Below the pieces are notes generated by a model that was not told where the DNA came from, did not search any database, and saw only the letters and a list, made by a program, of their open reading frames with translations. Positions 58,647 to 64,000 of a DNA stretch of 64,000 nucleotides are shown one piece after another (positions within the stretch are counted from its first letter, which is position 1; the number at the start of each line of letters is the position of its first letter). The stretch covers positions 152,282 to 216,281 of the forward strand of contig CAZTPA010000001.1 in assembly GCA_964614525.1 (NCBI GenBank). Reading direction: 5' to 3'. Source of the stretch: an uncultured Bacteroidales bacterium. Its GTDB lineage: Bacteria > Bacteroidota > Bacteroidia > Bacteroidales > UBA7960. Made by a program: the position numbers and the translations under genes.

Positions 58647-58852
58647 TTAAAAACAAGCCTCCGCCGCCCTATAATGATGAATCCTCTCTGTAGCGATTAT
58701 TTTGATAATTCCGCACAACACCAATCCGGCTCCAACTAATTCAAATACGGGGCATAGGTTGGATTATATATAATTAATCCAAAACCAATTGCAAGTCCTA
58801 AAATTAATCCAAATCCAATATATTTGGTGCTTTGTTTATTATCTTTTAGCAT
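58647..58852 (-). pseudogene. Frameshifted paralog of the 61-aa glycine-zipper peptide gene
   Basis: MLKDNKQSTKYIGFGLILGLAIGFGLIIYNPTYAP then a stop. Shifting one base restores FELVGAGLVLCGII.... Aligned against 53588-53773, one base is missing just after TATGCCCC. Length is 206 nt (3n-1). Confidence 0.5.
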
Positions 58853-58877
58853 TTTATCAAATTTTAAAGCATAAAAA

Positions 58878-59786
58878 TTATTTTAAATCAATATTTTTAA
58901 AGAAAATATCTTCTTTACTTATGTATTTATCATAAAGCAGAAACAACAAAGTGATTACTGAAAGGGCTATAAACCCGGCCAACCCGGTGGAACCTATCAT
59001 TAATTCATTACCACCTTTCAGTGTCATAATAGAAATACCTATTGTACCATTTAATGTTCCATGCATAATTGCAGCAGCAATTACCGATTTCGCTTTGATT
59101 GTTATATAAAGGAAAAGCGGACTTAGTAATATACACCATACTATCATCATAAGCACTCCAAAGACAGGATATGTTGGATAATTATGTCCCATTAATATAA
59201 GTGGTGAATGCCAGATGCCCCATACCAAACCAATAATCAATGCAGCTTTCATAAATTTTTGATTTTCAAACCGCCTAACAAGAAAACCTCTCCAACCAAG
59301 CTCTTCACCAAAGCCTGCAACAGCATTAATGGTTATACCGGCAAATAAACCTTGTATCAAAGCTATCCATATAGGATGAAAGGGCATTATTTCCATAGAT
59401 TCTTTCATTTCCCTCATTTGATCAGGAGTTAAAATGCTTTCAAATCTATCAAACATTCCCTCCATACCGGGCGAAAAGCTAACATCCGGAAAAAGCAAAG
59501 CTATTCCCATTGCAACAAAAGCGATTACAGGGGTAATTAGCCATGCAACCACAAACCATTTATTAATTCTAAAAGATATGAGCAATTTCTTTTTTATTGC
59601 TTCCTTGTATATCAGTTTTTCAATAATTAAAACTGAAATAGTTGGAATAAACATGTAAAAAATTGCTAAGATTATTCCGGCAGTAGAATCATATTTTGCT
59701 CCGGAAAAATAGAAAGTGCCTGCTGAAATTAAACTTATCACAGCGACAATAACATAAAATAAATTTGTTTTGCTTATTGTTTTCAT
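58878..59786 (-). CDS. CPBP-family intramembrane glutamic endopeptidase (CAAX protease / Abi family)
   Basis: GFGEELGWRGFL, WGIWH and AIMHGTLN motifs in an 8-TM protein. Confidence 0.85.
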   Translation of the reverse strand: MKTISKTNLFYVIVAVISLISAGTFYFSGAKYDSTAGIILAIFYMFIPTISVLIIEKLIYKEAIKKKLLISFRINKWFVVAWLITPVIAFVAMGIALLFPDVSFSPGMEGMFDRFESILTPDQMREMKESMEIMPFHPIWIALIQGLFAGITINAVAGFGEELGWRGFLVRRFENQKFMKAALIIGLVWGIWHSPLILMGHNYPTYPVFGVLMMIVWCILLSPLFLYITIKAKSVIAAAIMHGTLNGTIGISIMTLKGGNELMIGSTGLAGFIALSVITLLFLLYDKYISKEDIFFKNIDLK

Positions 59787-59869
59787 GACTTCAAAAATTA
59801 TTTGTGTTGAAACAATGTTATTCAGTAAAAATTATAAAACTATTTCTTATAAACGCTATTATATTACTT

Positions 59870-61108
59870 TTATATGCTCCTAATAAAACTGTTCAATGCT
59901 TGCGAAAGATCAACAAGCTTGGAACAATCAATAATGGATATTCTGTCCTTGTCAGTATGAGTGATATCCTGATCGTAATTGTCCAGCAACCATTCGGATG
60001 TAATTGCAATAGCGGGCCTATCTCTCTGAACAAAAATACTATGATCACCTTGTGGCCATGGCTGACCTTTAACAATACCAGGGAAGTCACGCATTACCTT
60101 AACAGCTTTTTTTTCTTGATTTTCGGATAAATCAAAGAAAGAGAAAGATGTTTTGCCAATTTTATAACCGGGACCATCAATATTTATATTTAGCATTATT
60201 TCTTCAAACTTATCTCTATTAGCTTGAATATAGTTCATTTGCCCTGGATTTGAATAATAATCTTCGCCATTTAGAGCAACCATTTCAATGCATTTATCAC
60301 CTGAGTAATCACTTAGCAAATCGGCCAGAAGCAGCATTGTGACAACACCTGAAGCATTATCCAGAGCACCCGGTGTTCCGCTTTTAGTATCAATATGGGC
60401 TGTAATAACTACTTTTTCACCTGAAGTATTTCCTTTTCGACCAATTACATTATTGGCTTTGCTATTAATTCGTTCTGAATAAATATTTAATTGGGCTTCC
60501 TGACCTTCAAATTGACAAAGCTTACTGCCTTCTTCTTCAGTCAAATAAACAGAAGGTATATTAAAGTCGCCATCTTCAATAAGAGGGAATGGATAAACTC
60601 CGCCGGCAAGAGCAACATTTCTACCTGTAGCGCATATTATTGCTTTTGCACCACTATTTTCCAACAATGAAACTATTTTCTTATGATTATCCGGATTATA
60701 AAAAACAAAATTTTTTGGCATAAGCTGTTCACTGGCAATCTCTCCTTTGAGAAGCAACACAGTATTGTTGAAATTCCCATTCTCAAGTTCTGATATTTTT
60801 TCAACTACTTTCAATGGTGCATTTACTGAGCATCCCAGAGAATATGGGCTAACAAAAACATTAAAGCCAGAACCATTAAGGCTTAATTCTGCTCCATTTT
60901 GCTTCCAATCAATTACCGCGAATTCGGGTATTTCAATATCCCAACCCAAAAAATCAAATTCCTCTTTTAACAGGTCTGTTGCCTTTCTGTTAGCGTCACT
61001 GCCAACAGGTCTTTCGCCAATATCATCACAAATAGCTCTTAAAAAAGATAAACACTTTACATTTAAATACATCGCCTTCATTTCAAATATTTTTTTTAAA
61101 AAAACCAT
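59870..61108 (-). CDS. M28-family metallopeptidase (aminopeptidase-like), no signal peptide
   Basis: VITAHIDTKSGTPGALDNASGVVTMLLLA (metal ligands H, D), NGEDY, and a later H region. Confidence 0.75.
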   Translation of the reverse strand: MVFLKKIFEMKAMYLNVKCLSFLRAICDDIGERPVGSDANRKATDLLKEEFDFLGWDIEIPEFAVIDWKQNGAELSLNGSGFNVFVSPYSLGCSVNAPLKVVEKISELENGNFNNTVLLLKGEIASEQLMPKNFVFYNPDNHKKIVSLLENSGAKAIICATGRNVALAGGVYPFPLIEDGDFNIPSVYLTEEEGSKLCQFEGQEAQLNIYSERINSKANNVIGRKGNTSGEKVVITAHIDTKSGTPGALDNASGVVTMLLLADLLSDYSGDKCIEMVALNGEDYYSNPGQMNYIQANRDKFEEIMLNINIDGPGYKIGKTSFSFFDLSENQEKKAVKVMRDFPGIVKGQPWPQGDHSIFVQRDRPAIAITSEWLLDNYDQDITHTDKDRISIIDCSKLVDLSQALNSFIRSI

Positions 61109-61173
61109 AAATACTTATTGCAAAAAGCTTTTGGTATTTATGGTTTTCATAATTATACAATTTAGTTTCAGTA

Positions 61174-61240
61174 CAAATATGCTTATCGCTGTTCCATTTA
61201 AAAAATAATTGCTTGTGAATGACGGAATTTCTTCCATGAA
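61174..61240 (-). promoter_or_regulatory. Composite promoter, site b: TTCATGGAAGAAATTCCGTCATTCA, 34 nt, then CATATTTG
   Basis: Motif at 61240-61216 and box at 61181-61174 (minus strand), 65 nt before the start at 61108. Confidence 0.5.
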
Positions 61241-61264
61241 TAGTTATTATTTATTCCTGAATAA

Positions 61265-63724
61265 TTACAACAGACCTCCGCCTCCTTGAGGAGTAGCATC
61301 ATCTTCTTTGCGACGATTTTGATAATTATTAATTTTATAACTCAAAGTGAGCATCACAATTTGTTGTTCCATGTTATAGATAAAGTTTGTACTACTTCCT
61401 TCATCAAAAGCTTCAAAAGAATAAACCATAGTTTTAAATACATCACGTACACTAAGGGTGATATTTAATTGCTTCTCAAATAACTCTTGGCTAAGCGCTA
61501 CATTCATTCCAAATATAGCATTGCTTGTGCCTTGATGAGTGATTCCGGGACTATTATAAAAACCAGTGAGTTGAAAACGTGTCCCTTTAACAGGTATTAC
61601 ATTTGCATTTAACATCAAATTATATCTTAACGTACTCATATCAGCATCTCTATAGCTGTTCTCTGTATTTATTGTATAATTAAAAATATTTGCAGTTGCA
61701 TATAAACTTAAATATTTTGCAAGGCTCATATTAGAAGATAACTCGACACCATATGCCAGTGTTTCATCAATATTTTCATGATTAATAAGTGTTCTTCCAT
61801 CATCCATCAAGCTGATATTTTGAGAAAAGCTATTGTAGTTTTGACGATAATAAGCTTCTCCTGAGATAAAACCTAACTTATTATATTTCATATAGTTCAG
61901 CTCATAAGAATTGGTAAACTCCGGAAGTAATCCTGGATTTCCTGATTGAGCCAAATAAGCATCTGAATATACTTCAAGTGGATTTAACAACCATATTTCA
62001 GGTCTGTTGATTCTGCGGCTATAGCTTAGCTGCAGTTGCTGATTATGAGGCAAAGGTTTGGAAATATGAACTGTAGGAAATAGATTAATTTTATCATATT
62101 TATAATCCTGACCGGCAAACATCATTCTGTCAGTATATTCAGCTCTTAAACCAGCCTGATATTGAAAACCTTTTACCTCACCGTTAAAGGTACTATATAG
62201 TGAATGTATGTGTCTGTCATACAAAATATTATTAGAAAAATCAGGATTCTCATTCCAAATATCTTGCTCATTATTATAATCAAATTTTTTAAAAGCATTG
62301 GTTTCATCTTTTAACCTGTACTGATAACCAGCTTCAAATTTAAATTGTTCTGTAAAGGATTTTGTATAATCAGACTTAAACCTCAGTTCGTAATTATCAC
62401 TTTTATTTGTTGTTTTGTAATAATCTGTATTTATAATTGTTTGTCCGGCTTCATCAGTGACATGGTCATTTATTTCCGTAGAATTGCCTCCATCCCATTT
62501 TGAAACATAAACTGAGGATACTAGCTTTGAATCTTCAGAAACATCATGATCATAATATAAGCTACCATTAACATATTGACCACCAATAAGTAAAGTTGAG
62601 ATAGTATTTTTAAAAAATTCAAGGTCATTTGGCTTTGTTATTTCATTAACATCAGCATCCATTAATAATGTATTTCCCCAATGGCCAAACTCACCATTTA
62701 AAGTTATCATATTTCCATTATCCAAATAATAATCAACACCACCAGAAATAGCATATGGATTATTGTTTTCCTGTCTCTCAGTGTATTGATATACGTATCT
62801 TGTTGAGTTTTCAAAATCTGTTTCATTAATAATTTCTGTATGCGGATACCTTGGTCTTTCAGCATATCGACCACTTAGGAAGTAATTGAATTTATTTTTT
62901 CGGTAATTAACGGCAAAGTCGCCACTACGTTTCCAGGATGTACCTGCAGCAAGATTTAAAAGGCTGTTAAATCCGTCTGTATGATTCTTTTTCATAACAA
63001 TGTTTATAATACCGGCTGTTCCATCCGGATCATATTTGGCAGAAGGATTAGTAATTATCTCTATTTTCTCAACTGCAGATGCAGGAATTTGCCTTAATGC
63101 TTCTGATCCGCTAAGCGGGCTGGGTTTGCCGTCTATCAAAACAATAAAGGAGCTGCTACCTCGTAATAGAACATTCCCCTCAGCATCCAGATTTATTGAG
63201 GGATTGTTTTCTAAGGCTTCTATAACAGTACCCCCGGCTGATTGAAGATTCTTATCAATATTCAAAACTTTTTTATCCACTCTGTATTCCATCGCACTCT
63301 TCTCTGCAGTTATCTCAACTTCATTCAACAACTCATAAGCTTTTTTAAGGAAAACAGGTCCTAAATCTAAACTTTTGGTTTTATTATCTATGGTAATGTC
63401 CTCTATAATTGTCTTAGTATAACCCATGAAATTTACCTCAAGAAAATAATTTCCGGAAGGAACTTGTTCCAGAAGAAAAACACCGGAATCATTAGTAATT
63501 GTACCTGTCACAAGACTAGATTCTGCCTCTTTGAATAATGCTACAGTGGCATACGGAATTAATCCGGAATCATCTGCATCTATTACTTTGCCGGAAATTC
63601 CTTTGCTTATTTCGGAGACAGAATTGCCTGTCTCACCATAAGTTGGATTTATAGAAAAAAGGACCAACAAGAAAAAACTAACAACTAACAGTTTTATCTT
63701 ACTAAAAAATTTAAAAATCTTCAT
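61265..63724 (-). CDS. TonB-dependent-receptor-like outer membrane beta-barrel protein with carboxypeptidase-regulatory-like N-domain
   Basis: Signal peptide, ISGKVIDADDSGLIPYATVALF (CarbopepD_reg-like), plug-like segment (GGTVIEALENNPSINLD...VLLRG) and a long barrel. Confidence 0.8.
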   Translation of the reverse strand: MKIFKFFSKIKLLVVSFFLLVLFSINPTYGETGNSVSEISKGISGKVIDADDSGLIPYATVALFKEAESSLVTGTITNDSGVFLLEQVPSGNYFLEVNFMGYTKTIIEDITIDNKTKSLDLGPVFLKKAYELLNEVEITAEKSAMEYRVDKKVLNIDKNLQSAGGTVIEALENNPSINLDAEGNVLLRGSSSFIVLIDGKPSPLSGSEALRQIPASAVEKIEIITNPSAKYDPDGTAGIINIVMKKNHTDGFNSLLNLAAGTSWKRSGDFAVNYRKNKFNYFLSGRYAERPRYPHTEIINETDFENSTRYVYQYTERQENNNPYAISGGVDYYLDNGNMITLNGEFGHWGNTLLMDADVNEITKPNDLEFFKNTISTLLIGGQYVNGSLYYDHDVSEDSKLVSSVYVSKWDGGNSTEINDHVTDEAGQTIINTDYYKTTNKSDNYELRFKSDYTKSFTEQFKFEAGYQYRLKDETNAFKKFDYNNEQDIWNENPDFSNNILYDRHIHSLYSTFNGEVKGFQYQAGLRAEYTDRMMFAGQDYKYDKINLFPTVHISKPLPHNQQLQLSYSRRINRPEIWLLNPLEVYSDAYLAQSGNPGLLPEFTNSYELNYMKYNKLGFISGEAYYRQNYNSFSQNISLMDDGRTLINHENIDETLAYGVELSSNMSLAKYLSLYATANIFNYTINTENSYRDADMSTLRYNLMLNANVIPVKGTRFQLTGFYNSPGITHQGTSNAIFGMNVALSQELFEKQLNITLSVRDVFKTMVYSFEAFDEGSSTNFIYNMEQQIVMLTLSYKINNYQNRRKEDDATPQGGGGLL

Positions 63725-63935
63725 AGCTTAAATATTTAAAATGAATAAATGATATTTTGAACTTTGTAATATATGACAGACTCTTTATACCCAAAACATA
63801 CTCTTTAAACAACTTATTTGTTATTAGAGGTATATTTTTAAAGAATTCACGCGTAAGACGTAAGATGTCTTAAAAAGTTACTTTATTGAATACATTTAAT
63901 AATTTTTAAGCAATTTTAATCTGCGTTGACTACTT

Positions 63936-64000
63936 CCCCAATTCCCAATATCTCTTTTATAACAATAGGATTACCTTTATAATACACTTTCCCAATACCC
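63936..64000 (-). CDS. 3' end of an unidentified minus-strand ORF entering from the right edge
   Basis: My translation gives ...GIGKVYYKGNPIVIKEILGIGEVVNAD* with the stop at 63936-63938. Too short to identify. Confidence 0.2.

Noticed and set aside
63854-63872. Hairpin TAAGAC-gtaagat-GTCTTA, downstream of the partial ORF at the right edge and upstream of the TonB-type receptor gene.
   Set aside because: The stem is only 6 bp and neither strand has a convincing U-tract after it. That is not enough to call a terminator or a riboswitch.
1-64000. A scan for rRNA and tRNA genes, CRISPR arrays, integrases, transposases, phage genes, toxin-antitoxin pairs, reverse transcriptases and known defence-system genes.
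   Set aside because: None was recognised in any long ORF or intergenic gap. The intergenic regions are short and AT-rich, apart from those already discussed. Small RNAs cannot be excluded without covariance-model searches.

Overview
AT-rich chromosomal segment that looks like Bacteroidota. It carries type IX secretion genes (porV, porU, porP/sprF-like, gldJ-like), TAnnTTTG-type -7 promoter boxes, and almost no Shine-Dalgarno sequences. I support about 50 protein genes. I saw no rRNA, tRNA, CRISPR array, transposase or integrase.

Bases 1-43 kb are mostly housekeeping genes:
- a TetR-TolC-MFP-RND efflux operon
- dCMP deaminase, recQ, kdsD, lptB, ispF
- the T9SS cluster, then murF, anmK, murB, an ECF sigma factor, uvrA and an aminotransferase
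- a large LRR/Ig/FN3-like T9SS cargo protein and a TPR-PP2C signalling protein

Bases 43.6-63.7 kb form an all-minus-strand array that looks accessory. It holds a LytS/LytTR two-component system flanked by membrane proteins, a GFVN-repeat protein and a hydrolase-rich island. The island contains two beta-lactamase-fold hydrolases, an alpha/beta hydrolase, an M28 peptidase, a CPBP protease, small Gly-zipper peptides and a TonB-dependent-type receptor.

The two observations I rate highest:
1. A composite promoter motif (TTCA-N12-CGTCATTCA, then 34 nt, then a -7 box) occurs with identical geometry in front of three transcription units around the LytTR regulator. This suggests an undescribed LytTR regulon of hydrolases and membrane proteins.
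2. A decayed Avd-like four-helix-bundle gene is bracketed by inverted arrays of a tandem heptamer (43015-43587).

All functional calls come from reading the translated ORFs and recalling family motifs. No searches were run.
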